A stretch of DNA of 64,000 nucleotides from Rhodospirillales bacterium (GTDB lineage: Bacteria; Pseudomonadota; Alphaproteobacteria; Bin95), in the NCBI GenBank assembly GCA_038143065.1, contig JAYQLI010000035.1, positions 224,001 to 288,000 of the forward strand, written 5' to 3'. The translations under genes and the position numbers were made by a program. The notes under the pieces are model-generated. The model ran no database searches. It was not told the DNA's origin and saw only the letters and a list, made by a program, of their open reading frames with translations. Below are positions 37,070-46,113 of this stretch, one piece after another; the stretch's first letter is position 1; each line of letters begins with the position of its first letter.

Positions 37070-37591
37070 ATGCCAATCGTTGGTGAATATATGGGTATGG
37101 CTCTTACTATTGATGATCAAGATAAGGAAAATCACGAATTCTTTAGCTGGTGCGCGGCAGGTGAATTCCGGCTGCAAAGGGGTAAGCAGTCAGGATTGTT
37201 ACGCTATCCACCAACCACAGCATGTCCTTGGACGACTGATCGAGATTATGATTGGGTGCCGGTTGAAGGGAAAGGAACTGTACATTCATATGTTGAAGTT
37301 CATCATCCCATTCAACCAGCCTTCCAAGACAAGGTTCCCTATATGATTTTGTTAGTTGACCTTGATACCCAGAAGGGGGAACCATCCGAGCATGAAGCTA
37401 TCCGGGTTGCTGGAAACCTGGTTTCTCCAGACGGTGAATTTGCAGCGTCTGAAATTATAAGATCTGTCGGGATTGGTACCCGGGTCAGAATGGTTTTTAA
37501 GGAAGTCACTGAAGGATTTTCGCTTCCCCATTGGACGATCGACCTCGATGCAAATCAGCCAGATAGCCCCTGGCGTTACCCTCAGGAGTAA
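37070..37591 (+). CDS. DUF35 (ChsH2-like) OB-fold protein with degenerate zinc ribbon
   Basis: LQR....G..RYPP...CP, GKGTVHSY, PY..LVDL, IGTRVRMVF. Confidence 0.82.
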   Translation: MPIVGEYMGMALTIDDQDKENHEFFSWCAAGEFRLQRGKQSGLLRYPPTTACPWTTDRDYDWVPVEGKGTVHSYVEVHHPIQPAFQDKVPYMILLVDLDTQKGEPSEHEAIRVAGNLVSPDGEFAASEIIRSVGIGTRVRMVFKEVTEGFSLPHWTIDLDANQPDSPWRYPQE

Positions 37592-37594
37592 TAC

Positions 37595-38229
37595 ATGTCC
37601 GGAGATCCAGTTTACCAGCGCCAAAATTTCGGTAATTCCGTTGGTTTTGGTTCGCGGCCAGCGCTGTTGTTAGTGGATTTTCAGGTTGGTTTTGTCGATC
37701 CAGATGTGTTTGGAGGGGGGAACATTAAACAGGCAGTATCAAATACACAAAGTTTATTGGCTGGAATGAGGGATATTGGGGCACCCATTGCCTACACAAG
37801 AGCTGTCTTTGATAAAGCTCTGCAGATGGTGGTACCTTCGCCATGAAAGTGCCTGGACTTTATGAACTTGAGGATACTGCTTCGATAAGCCAGATAACAC
37901 CAGAGTTAGCCCCCCATCGAGGGGAATTAGTGCTGAAAAAGATAGGCCCCTCAGCTTTCTTCTCGACCCCTTTAATGAGTTGGCTTGTCAAGCATTCTGT
38001 AGATACTTTGATAATAACAGGGGCAACTACTTCAGGCTGTGTGCGAGCGAGTGTTGTTGATAGTTGCTCATATGCTTTACGCACTATTGTTGCCACTGAC
38101 TGTTGTGGCGATCGGGCGATCGAACCGCACGAGGCAAATCTTTTTGACATGGGGCAAAAATATGCTGATTTAATGACGGGTGACGAAGCGCTTTCTATGG
38201 CGAGAGCTGCATTTGCCACTAATCATTGA
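37595..38229 (+). CDS. Isochorismatase-family amidohydrolase (NicF/N-carbamoylsarcosine amidase-like; indel near 37820)
   Basis: GFGSRPALLLVDF, K..PSAFF, GATTSGCVRASVVD, DR...HEANLFD...KYAD. Confidence 0.85.
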
Positions 38230-38232
38230 GAG

Positions 38233-39312
38233 TCACTCAAGCTTATAGGTATTTATTCCCAATTCTTCTCGAAAACCTGCGCTAATTTCTGCCTTTTGGT
38301 CTTCAAGAGGAATTCCTGTTGCATCTGCAATTTTTACGACGGCCTGAAATATCGCAATTACTGCGGATGCATCCACCATAGCTGCATGGCCTAGGGTATC
38401 TGCGACTGTTTGCCTTCGTAGGGCTAGGTCAGGGGGTTCAGCCACGGCAGCATCGGCGTAGGCGAGCAAAATTTGCCCGAAAGGCACACCACTTTGAGTG
38501 TCCTTATCAATGACTGCAGCGTCTGCAAAAACCTTTCCAGCATGGAGGCCACTCCCACGGAGCAGAACAATATGGCTGGTTGTTCAGTATAAACATCGAT
38601 TGAGTGCAGAAACTCGTGCAGCAAGAAGTTCTATCTGAGAGTGAGAAATTGCCCTGGTTTCTAAGTCAAAGCGGCGGAGTAGTGCATCTGGTAAATACAT
38701 GGCATCGTCTAGATCAAAGAAGCCAGAAACGCTTGCTGGAACTAAGCTTAAAGCTTGATGAATATGAGCGCCGCCTCTTCCTTTATACATTTCGAATGCA
38801 GCTGCCGGATCGTTTTTACCTAGTTCGTGTGGTTTTACCGTTGGTACCCATGCATCAGATACATATGCAGAGGGCACTGTTTCTTGTAATGGTCGTCCAG
38901 GCTTTGGAGTGGGTAGCTCACGCAGTACTATGCCCATAGCAGTATGAAATCGATCAACAGCAATAGTTTCAGCAATAACACCGACGGTTTCAACGTATTG
39001 CTCTACTGTGAGGATGCTTGGCACGATACTATGGAACCATCGCTTGGTGAGACGATCGGCATCTGTGGTAATGCGATGGATAGTGTCAACCCAGCCGGAC
39101 TTAAGAGGTGATGCGCTAGAATGCGGGCCGACTTCAGTTTCAGGCGATAGAGCATTTTTTCTTTCCGCGCAGGCCGAGCAATGCCTGGCAGACCTAGTTT
39201 CACTTGCTATATAAACTCGCTCTTCGGCAGTGAGCCAAGTGCCTGCACGGCCCAGGCGATCCCAAGCGCGATCATGAGCCTCAGTTAAATCCTGGCGAAT
39301 TTCAGGTTCCAC
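38233..39312 (-). CDS. AhpD/alkylhydroperoxidase-related selenoprotein candidate, 359 aa with UGA at codon 243
   Basis: ORFs 38584-39312 and 38233-38487 share one frame separated only by TGA (38584-38586); readthrough gives QIELLAARVSALNRCLY-U-TTSH; SECIS-like hairpin follows. Confidence 0.8.
38537..38579 (-). promoter_or_regulatory. Bacterial SECIS-like stem-loop
   Basis: CCAGCCAU...CUGCUCC-GUG-GGAGUGG...AUGCUGG; apical loop starts 25 nt after the UGA with G first. Confidence 0.65.
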
Positions 39313-39397
39313 TTCTAGTCTCCTTAATCAGCTTGATGATAAGCTAATGCATTATCATTTAACTTTGCAATTTAGCTGCAGTTAAGTTTGGTTTCTT

Positions 39398-40318
39398 ATG
39401 AAAACTACGTCCTCGGCTGGGCGGATTGAAGGCAGAACAATCGTAGGTATTGCGTTGATGCTGCTGGCAATCGCGCTTTTTTCTTGTCTGAATGGTTCGG
39501 TCAAATGGCTGACACAGGACTTTGATCCTTTAATGGTTGTTTGGGCACGAAATGTAGGTGCTTTCACATTTATGCTTGTAGCATTTTTCCCAAAATATGG
39601 CTTCACCCTATTCCGCCCGAAGAGACCTGTGACTCAATTAGTTCGCGGTATTTTTCTGCTTGGTTCATCTATGCTCTATTTTTTTGGGCTCTCATATATG
39701 GATATGGCAACGGGGGCTGCTATCCAGCTCACTGGTCCTTTGATGGTTACAGCATTATCCGTGCCTCTGTTGGGTGAACAGGTAGGTTGGCGGCGCTGGA
39801 TGGCAGTGATAATTGGATTTGTAGGGGCCTTAATCATAATCCGCCCTGGATTTGATATGCGTTGGGCGGCGCTTCTTTTTCTTGCAAGTGCAAGTTGCTC
39901 AACTTTTTATGCAATCACTACTCGCTATCTTTCAAACTATGACAATCCGGCAACAGCTGCCACTGTTGCTGCTGCAGTTGGCGTGATCGTCATTTCGCCC
40001 TTAGTTCCATTTTTTTGGGAGACACCATCAGGGATTCTGCCAATTTCCCTTTTCGTGTTGGTAGGTGTTTTAGCTGGTTTAGGACATTTTTTGTTAACAA
40101 GCGCATATGGTTACGCGGGTGCATCAACATTGGCCCCATTCAGTTACGCTCATCTATTGGGTGCTACATTAATAGGGCTCATTGTATTTGATGATTTTCC
40201 AGATTTCTGGACGTGTGTAGGAGCATCTATAATTGTACTTGCGGGCTTGTATGTTGCTCACAGAGAACGTCTTAAAATCAGGGAAGAAGCTGTTTCGCGT
40301 GAAATGAAATCACATTAA
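39398..40318 (+). CDS. DMT/EamA transporter
   Basis: LGEQVGWRRW, IIRPG, LAPFSY. Confidence 0.88.
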   Translation: MKTTSSAGRIEGRTIVGIALMLLAIALFSCLNGSVKWLTQDFDPLMVVWARNVGAFTFMLVAFFPKYGFTLFRPKRPVTQLVRGIFLLGSSMLYFFGLSYMDMATGAAIQLTGPLMVTALSVPLLGEQVGWRRWMAVIIGFVGALIIIRPGFDMRWAALLFLASASCSTFYAITTRYLSNYDNPATAATVAAAVGVIVISPLVPFFWETPSGILPISLFVLVGVLAGLGHFLLTSAYGYAGASTLAPFSYAHLLGATLIGLIVFDDFPDFWTCVGASIIVLAGLYVAHRERLKIREEAVSREMKSH

Positions 40319-40328
40319 AGTTTTGATT

Positions 40329-41219
40329 ATGAAAGCTTTTGAAAGACAGTATGAACGGTCTGATGCCACCAGTGTTTTTATTGATGTAGAGCGTGCAGTT
40401 ACGCTTACAGCACCACCTGAGCAGACAATACCAGTTGTTGTTGCTTCACCGCATTCGGGTAATAGGTATCCGCGTGACCTACTGCAGGCGTCCAAATTAG
40501 ATCCTTCTTCGTTAAGAAAATCTGAAGATGCACACGTAAATACTTTATTCAGTGGAGCTAATAGTGTTGGGGCGCCTTTACTGGCGGCGGAATTTCCTCG
40601 CGCTTATGTAGATGTAAATCGGGAGCCATACGAATTAGATCCATCTATGTTCGATGCTCCTCTACCTCCTTATGCAATAACGCGTTCCCCCCGGGTGGCG
40701 GCGGGATTGGGGTCAATTCCTCGGATTGTTTCTGCGGGCATTGAAATTTACGCGCGCAGATTGAGCTTTGCAGAAGCTTCTGCTCGATTAAATGCTTGCT
40801 ACAAACCGTATCACAATGCTTTACGACGACTGGTACGTTCAACTCATGCCAAGTTCGAGAATTGTGTATTGATAGATGCACATTCCATGCCAACGGCAGG
40901 ACTATCTATAAGAGACGATCTTGGAGGGCCGATAGACATTGTCATTGGCGATAATCATGGTAAGGCATGCCACTCTCAATATAGTGAAGCGGCAATCTCA
41001 TATTTTAGAGATTTAGGATACGCTGTTATTTTGAATGATCCATATTCAGGAGGTTTTGTTACACAGTCTTACAGTGACCCTGAACGCAATATTCATGTTT
41101 TACAGGTTGAAATAAATAGATCGCTTTATATGGACGAGATGACTTATGAGACAAACTCGTACTTTCCAAAACTAACAGACCACATAACAGGTTTTATATC
41201 TGAAATTGCATCCATTTAA
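40329..41219 (+). CDS. N-formylglutamate amidohydrolase family protein
   Basis: SPHSG, SED, RAYVDVNREPYELD, DAHSMP, PYSGG, QVEINRSLY. Confidence 0.9.
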   Translation: MKAFERQYERSDATSVFIDVERAVTLTAPPEQTIPVVVASPHSGNRYPRDLLQASKLDPSSLRKSEDAHVNTLFSGANSVGAPLLAAEFPRAYVDVNREPYELDPSMFDAPLPPYAITRSPRVAAGLGSIPRIVSAGIEIYARRLSFAEASARLNACYKPYHNALRRLVRSTHAKFENCVLIDAHSMPTAGLSIRDDLGGPIDIVIGDNHGKACHSQYSEAAISYFRDLGYAVILNDPYSGGFVTQSYSDPERNIHVLQVEINRSLYMDEMTYETNSYFPKLTDHITGFISEIASI

Positions 41220-41248
41220 GTGTTTTGAAGATGCAATAAAAGCTTTCG

Positions 41249-41331
41249 AAAAAAGAGGGCCGCAAACAAGTGCGGCCCAAATTTAGGAGGAAACGCCCAA
41301 GAAAGGGCGGAGAAACAAACTAAAGTTTCAT
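41249..41331 (-). ncRNA. mmgR: MmgR / SuhB (alpha-r8) family small RNA
   Basis: CGCCC-TTTCTT-GGGCG stem, TTTCCTCCT anti-SD core, GGGCCGCAC..GCGGCCC terminator with T run; convergent with the N-formylglutamate amidohydrolase gene as known for this family; 5' end inferred from promoter. Confidence 0.8.
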
Positions 41332-41337
41332 AAACTT

Positions 41338-41381
41338 TATATGATATGGTGCGGTGCACAAATCAAGTGCTGCAGTGCAAA
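41338..41381 (-). promoter_or_regulatory. mmgR promoter with PhaR/AniA-type TGC-N3-GCA boxes
   Basis: TTGATT-N17-CATATA with TTGTGCACCGCA in the spacer and TGCACTGCA upstream. Confidence 0.6.
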
Positions 41382-41412
41382 AAATAAAGTTTTTTTGTAT
41401 TTTTTTACGAAC

Positions 41413-42578
41413 TCACTTTGCTGCTGGCAAAATGTTCAATTCTGACAAAATCCGAGCTCTATCCTGATCCACATCAGGAGCTGTGGGCCTTTCAGAAGGA
41501 TCTTCATAACCGGACAGCTTTACTGGATTCCCAGCGACTTTCAGCTTGCCTACCTTTGGATCATCAACCTCTATAACCATTTTTCTCGGAGCAACTTGTG
41601 GATGGGCCATTACAGCTTCAACATTATTTATGCCACTAGCTGGTATGCCTGCCGGGTCGAGCTCCGATAGCCAATCTGCAGTAGAACGTGTGGCTAGGAT
41701 ACCTTCAACCTCTGCTTCCAGTTCAGGTTGATGTTCGGTTCGGGACCCGTTGCTCTCATAACGTGGGTCATCTTTTAAATCGGGTCGGCCTATTATATCG
41801 CAGAAGCGATGGAACATTACATTATTGCCAGCCGCTATGATCATATGACCATCTAATGTCTTGAAGACTTGGAATGGCGTGATTGAAGGATGACGTCCAC
41901 CAAGGGGCCTGGAATTTCACCGGTAGCGCCGAAGCGAGCAATTGCATTCTCGCAGAACGCGATTTGGCAATCTAGCATTCCTATGTCTAACTTTCGTCCT
42001 TGACCGGTACGTTCGCGATCATACAAAGCAGTGACCATTCCGATTGTGGTATACAAGCCAGCGCCGATGTCACCAATTGACATACCTACCCGTGTAGGCT
42101 CTCCGCCAGGCTGACCGGTGATTGACATAATGCCGCCCATAGCTTGGACAACCATGTCATATGCTGGACGCTTTGAATGAGGTCCTGTGTGACCAAAGCC
42201 AGAGCAGGCTGCATATATCAATTTTGGATATTTGGAGTGCAGGTCTTCCCAGCCATAGCCAAGTTTCTCCATGGTGCCCGGGCGATAATTCTCTACAATG
42301 ATATCAGCTGTATCTAAAAGTTTCTCAAAGATCACACGATCAGCGTCATCCTTAAGGTTGAGTGCAATAGACTCTTTGCCCCTATTAACGGAAACAAAAT
42401 ATGCTGACTTTCCATTTACGAAGGGTCCGTATTCTCGGGCATCATCTCCGGTTCCCGGTGTTTCGACTTTTATAACACGCGCGCCGAGGTCTGATAAAAT
42501 CATCGTGGAAAATGGACCCGCAAGGACACGGGTAAGATCAATAACGGTTAAGCCGCTAAAAGGGCCGGCAACGGGCAT
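41413..42578 (-). CDS. CaiB/BaiF family III CoA transferase (indel near 41900)
   Basis: DLTRVLAGP, GARVIKVE, NRGKES, ENYRPG, SGFG..GP, GDIGAG. Confidence 0.9.
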
Positions 42579-42640
42579 GGAACTGACTCCTTTGGGAGTT
42601 TAGACTGGTTAAAAATAATTAGATGATATGAAAGTAAGCT

Positions 42641-43504
42641 ATGCAGCCAAGGTCTTGCAATCTTTACTGTTTAAGCCCGGAAGGGTTTCATCGAATACGG
42701 TACTGGGAATGGGGTGTCGAGGACTCAGCCCGCACGGTTATCTGCGTTCACGGTCTAACGCGAAACGGACGAGATTTTGATGATCTCGCTCAGTTTCTAG
42801 CGGGGCGAGGCTGGCGGGTGGTATGCCCTGACATAGTTGGCCGCGGAGAGAGTGATTGGTTGCAAAACAAAGAAAATTACGACTTCTCCACTTATGTAAA
42901 TGATATGAGCCAGCTTATTGCAAGATTAGGAGGTGCTCCTGTCCATTGGGTTGGTACATCAATGGGCGGAATAATTGGTCAGTTAATGGCGGCAAGCGAT
43001 CAGGCGCCAATAAAGCGGATGGTTCTGAACGACATAGGTCCATTAATTGATGCACAGGGACTTTCTAGGATTAAAGGCTACGTTGGTAACGATCCATCCT
43101 TTCCAAACTTTGAGGCAGCCGAGGAGGCTATCAACAAGGTCACAGACAAATTTGGCCCCATGAACAAGTCTCAAAGAAAAAGGTTTGTGGAGGTATCGAT
43201 AAGAAAACGAAGCAACGGAACGTTTACAACAAATTATGACCCCCGTATTGCTTGGGCCTTTAAAGAAAACGATCCTGAAGACATAGATATGTGGTCCCTA
43301 TGGCCACTTATTAAATGCCCAATTCTCGTTATTCGTGGTGCAGATAGTGACCTTCTTTCAGCCTCTACATCTCATCGCATGCAGACTGAAGGACCAAAAG
43401 CAGAGGAGTATGTCTTAGAAGGTGTAGGACATGCTCCAACTTTGATGTCTAGCGAAGAGATAAATCGAATAACGCTATTCTTGGAGGCAGAAAACAACCA
43501 ATGA
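42641..43504 (+). CDS. Alpha/beta hydrolase, resembles 3-hydroxybutyrate-oligomer hydrolase PhaZc/PhaY
   Basis: CLSPEGFHR..YWEWG, CVHGLTRNGRDFD, GTSMGG, LNDIGP, YDP, GHAP. Confidence 0.75.
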   Translation: MQPRSCNLYCLSPEGFHRIRYWEWGVEDSARTVICVHGLTRNGRDFDDLAQFLAGRGWRVVCPDIVGRGESDWLQNKENYDFSTYVNDMSQLIARLGGAPVHWVGTSMGGIIGQLMAASDQAPIKRMVLNDIGPLIDAQGLSRIKGYVGNDPSFPNFEAAEEAINKVTDKFGPMNKSQRKRFVEVSIRKRSNGTFTTNYDPRIAWAFKENDPEDIDMWSLWPLIKCPILVIRGADSDLLSASTSHRMQTEGPKAEEYVLEGVGHAPTLMSSEEINRITLFLEAENNQ

Positions 43505-44340
43505 AATGCTTTCGTGAAAAACGTTTAACTGTGCTTGCTGGATCGCGATTTATCGATATCGCATATAAGGACTGGGGCGACGAAAATAATTCCAACGTCG
43601 CAATTTGTGTTCATGGTCTTTCACGAAATATGAATGACTTTGACGACTTAGCTGTAAACCTTTCTAAGAAATGGCGTGTTATCGCCGTTGACATGCCAGG
43701 GCGTGGGCAGAGTGACTGGTTGGATAACAAACTAGCCTACACTTATGAGCTTTATGAAGTCGTATGTGCCCACGTGATTGCCCTCGCTAAAGTTGAGAAG
43801 GTGGTCTGGATTGGCACATCAATGGGAGGAGTACTTGGAATGCGGCTTGCCGCAAACGGCGCTCCTTTTGCAAAGCTAATTCTTAATGATATTGGCCCTT
43901 TTATTCCTGCGGAAGGCCGCAAACACAATCAAGCTAATTTTGGCGGTGACCCTATATTTAAAACAGAATCAGAAGCTATTGCGTACATAAAGCAAACTCG
44001 AAGTACGTTCGGTCCTTTTACCGAAGCTGGTTGGTTGAAATTTGGGCGTGATAGCCTCCGCCAACTAAATGATGGAAGCTGGACACTTCACTATGATCCT
44101 GGTCTCGCTTCAAAAGCGCCGATTACAGATAGTGATATGTGGGAACTCTGGCCCAAAGTAAGGGTGCCAGTTCTAACTATTTGGGGAGAAGACTCTCGTT
44201 TGTTAACAGCTCCTACGGTTGATCGAATGGCTCATTCTGGCCCCAAGACAGAAGTTTTTAGTCTGCCAGGAGTTGGTCACTGTCCTGGGCTTACCTCACT
44301 ACCCGAGATTTCAGCCATAGCTAACTTTATTGAAAGATAG
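43501..44340 (+). CDS. Alpha/beta hydrolase, tandem paralog of the upstream gene
   Basis: CVHGLSRN..DFD, GRGQSDWL, GTSMGG, LNDIGP, GHCP. Confidence 0.8.
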   Translation: MKCFREKRLTVLAGSRFIDIAYKDWGDENNSNVAICVHGLSRNMNDFDDLAVNLSKKWRVIAVDMPGRGQSDWLDNKLAYTYELYEVVCAHVIALAKVEKVVWIGTSMGGVLGMRLAANGAPFAKLILNDIGPFIPAEGRKHNQANFGGDPIFKTESEAIAYIKQTRSTFGPFTEAGWLKFGRDSLRQLNDGSWTLHYDPGLASKAPITDSDMWELWPKVRVPVLTIWGEDSRLLTAPTVDRMAHSGPKTEVFSLPGVGHCPGLTSLPEISAIANFIER

Positions 44341-44350
44341 CCGAACCCCT

Positions 44351-45295
44351 ATGAACAAAGTCAAACTTGGATATTTGCTGCCCACTCGGGAAAGAATTAT
44401 GAGTGGCCAGCAAGGGACTAAACCTATTATCAATTTAGCCTGTTATGCAGAGGACCTCGGCTATGACTCCATTTGGATTGGAGACTCCATCACGGCTAAA
44501 CCCCGTCATGACGCTTTGATTATTCTGGCAGGTATTGCGGCCGTAACTGAGAGAATTGAACTTGGTACTGCGGTTCTCCTTCCAATGATACGTAATCCCG
44601 GCTTACTTGCTCATCAGGTGGCAACTTTGGATCAATTGAGTCAGGGACGTCTGATTTTGGGTGTAGGAACAGCCCGAGATGTGCCCGCTATTAGAAAAGA
44701 ATTTGAAGCGGTTGGTGTTCCTTTTGAGAAGCGAATTGGAAGAATGTTAGAGGGCATCAATCTTGCAAAAGCTTTATGGAGAGGAGGGCCCGTAACATGG
44801 AGTGGACGTTGGAAAACCAATTCTGTTGAGATCGGCCCATTACCTTTTCGAGATGGCGTACCTCCAATTTGGGGTGGGGGAGCAGCTGAAGGGGCTTTAA
44901 AGCGTGCTGGGAAATATTTTGATGGATGGTTTCCATCTGGGCCATCTGATGTATCAAAATTTTCTGAGGGCCTGAAAATTGTTCGAGATTGTGCTTCTGA
45001 AGCGGGACGAAACCCAGACGATGTGGTGCCTGCGATGTATGTCACTGTTTGTATCAACCCAGATGAGCAAAAGGCTGAAGCAGAACTAAATGCTTATTTA
45101 GAAGCTTATTATCTATTGCCTGCATCGCAAATTCGGCAACAGCAGGCATCATTTGCGGGTACAGAGGAACAAGTAAGTGAATGGCTTGCCAGTTTTGTAG
45201 ATGCTGGATGCTCCCACCTTTGCATTCGTCCAGTTGGAGAAACTAGAGAGCAGATGGAGCGTGTTATTAGTCTCCGGAAATTAATTGGAGCCTAA
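44351..45295 (+). CDS. LLM class flavin-dependent oxidoreductase
   Basis: GYDSIWIGD, ELGTAVL, ATLDQLSQGRLILGVG, PPIWGGG, DGW. Confidence 0.88.
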   Translation: MNKVKLGYLLPTRERIMSGQQGTKPIINLACYAEDLGYDSIWIGDSITAKPRHDALIILAGIAAVTERIELGTAVLLPMIRNPGLLAHQVATLDQLSQGRLILGVGTARDVPAIRKEFEAVGVPFEKRIGRMLEGINLAKALWRGGPVTWSGRWKTNSVEIGPLPFRDGVPPIWGGGAAEGALKRAGKYFDGWFPSGPSDVSKFSEGLKIVRDCASEAGRNPDDVVPAMYVTVCINPDEQKAEAELNAYLEAYYLLPASQIRQQQASFAGTEEQVSEWLASFVDAGCSHLCIRPVGETREQMERVISLRKLIGA

Positions 45296-46113
45296 TCTAA
45301 AAGTTCGAGCCACTCCTGGAAAACGTCACAGCAGAGGTCTGGATTGGAGAGAAAAAGCCTGTGTTTAGCATCAGCGAATGCGGCTTCACGATAATTAGGT
45401 AGTCGCTCTTTCAGTATTCTGGCCTGCTCTAGGTCAACAAATGGTGATTTTTGAGCAACAAAATTTAGAACTGGCATTGTAAGTAAATCGAGTTTTTCTC
45501 CCAAATCTGCGTTCCTTAGTGTGGAGACTAGTGCAGCTGCAGCTTCGGGCATTACGTCAAGTTGGCAAGATTCAGCCCATTTTATTATCTTTTCGTTATC
45601 GCTTGCAGGATTAAAGCTTCCTGAAAGGATCATATCCGACCACTTTTTTAAGCCGCCAGTTTCTTTTATGACCGATGGCCAGTCAGAAATATTATTTACT
45701 AAATCACCGCGCCAGCCTGTGGACGCAACGGCGATAGCGGAAACAAGTTGTGGCCTCGTTACGGCCATATAAAGTCCCACCGTTCCTCCGAAACTTTCGC
45801 CAATAAATATGCAGCGTTCTATATCTAAACTGGTTAAAACGTCACTGATATCGTCCGCGTAGTCTTCTAGATCTTGGCTAGGCTGTTTCCAGACAGCTTT
45901 CGATGATCCATGGCCGCGCATATCAATCGCGACGCAGGCTCTGCTAGCAGATACGCGTCGTATCCAGGGCAACCAAGCTCTGCTATCCAAGCCAAGGCCA
46001 TGTTGGAAAACCAGGGGCAGCTTGTTCGTATCCCATGGATTGGTCAAATCAATTGATCTAAATCCGACCCCCTTTGGACTGTATTTAATTGTATCAATAC
46101 CGCTCTGGCTCAA
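45292..46113 (-). CDS. Alpha/beta hydrolase
   Basis: FQHG, DMRGHG, GESFGG, C-terminal His. Confidence 0.8.
   Translation of the reverse strand: MSQSGIDTIKYSPKGVGFRSIDLTNPWDTNKLPLVFQHGLGLDSRAWLPWIRRVSASRACVAIDMRGHGSSKAVWKQPSQDLEDYADDISDVLTSLDIERCIFIGESFGGTVGLYMAVTRPQLVSAIAVASTGWRGDLVNNISDWPSVIKETGGLKKWSDMILSGSFNPASDNEKIIKWAESCQLDVMPEAAAALVSTLRNADLGEKLDLLTMPVLNFVAQKSPFVDLEQARILKERLPNYREAAFADAKHRLFLSNPDLCCDVFQEWLELLD

Noticed and set aside
22982-38229. Other TGA-terminated ORFs (enoyl-CoA hydratase, hlyD, SnoaL, phyH, thiolase-like, amidohydrolase) as selenoproteins
   Set aside because: Stops fall at natural C-termini, with no redox Cys context or evident downstream SECIS
37595-38229. Isochorismatase-family gene as nicotinamidase pncA linked to the NAD genes
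   Set aside because: GATTSGCVRA motif and lack of the PncA metal-binding His residues fit NicF/carbamoylsarcosine amidase-like enzymes; 17 kb from nadE
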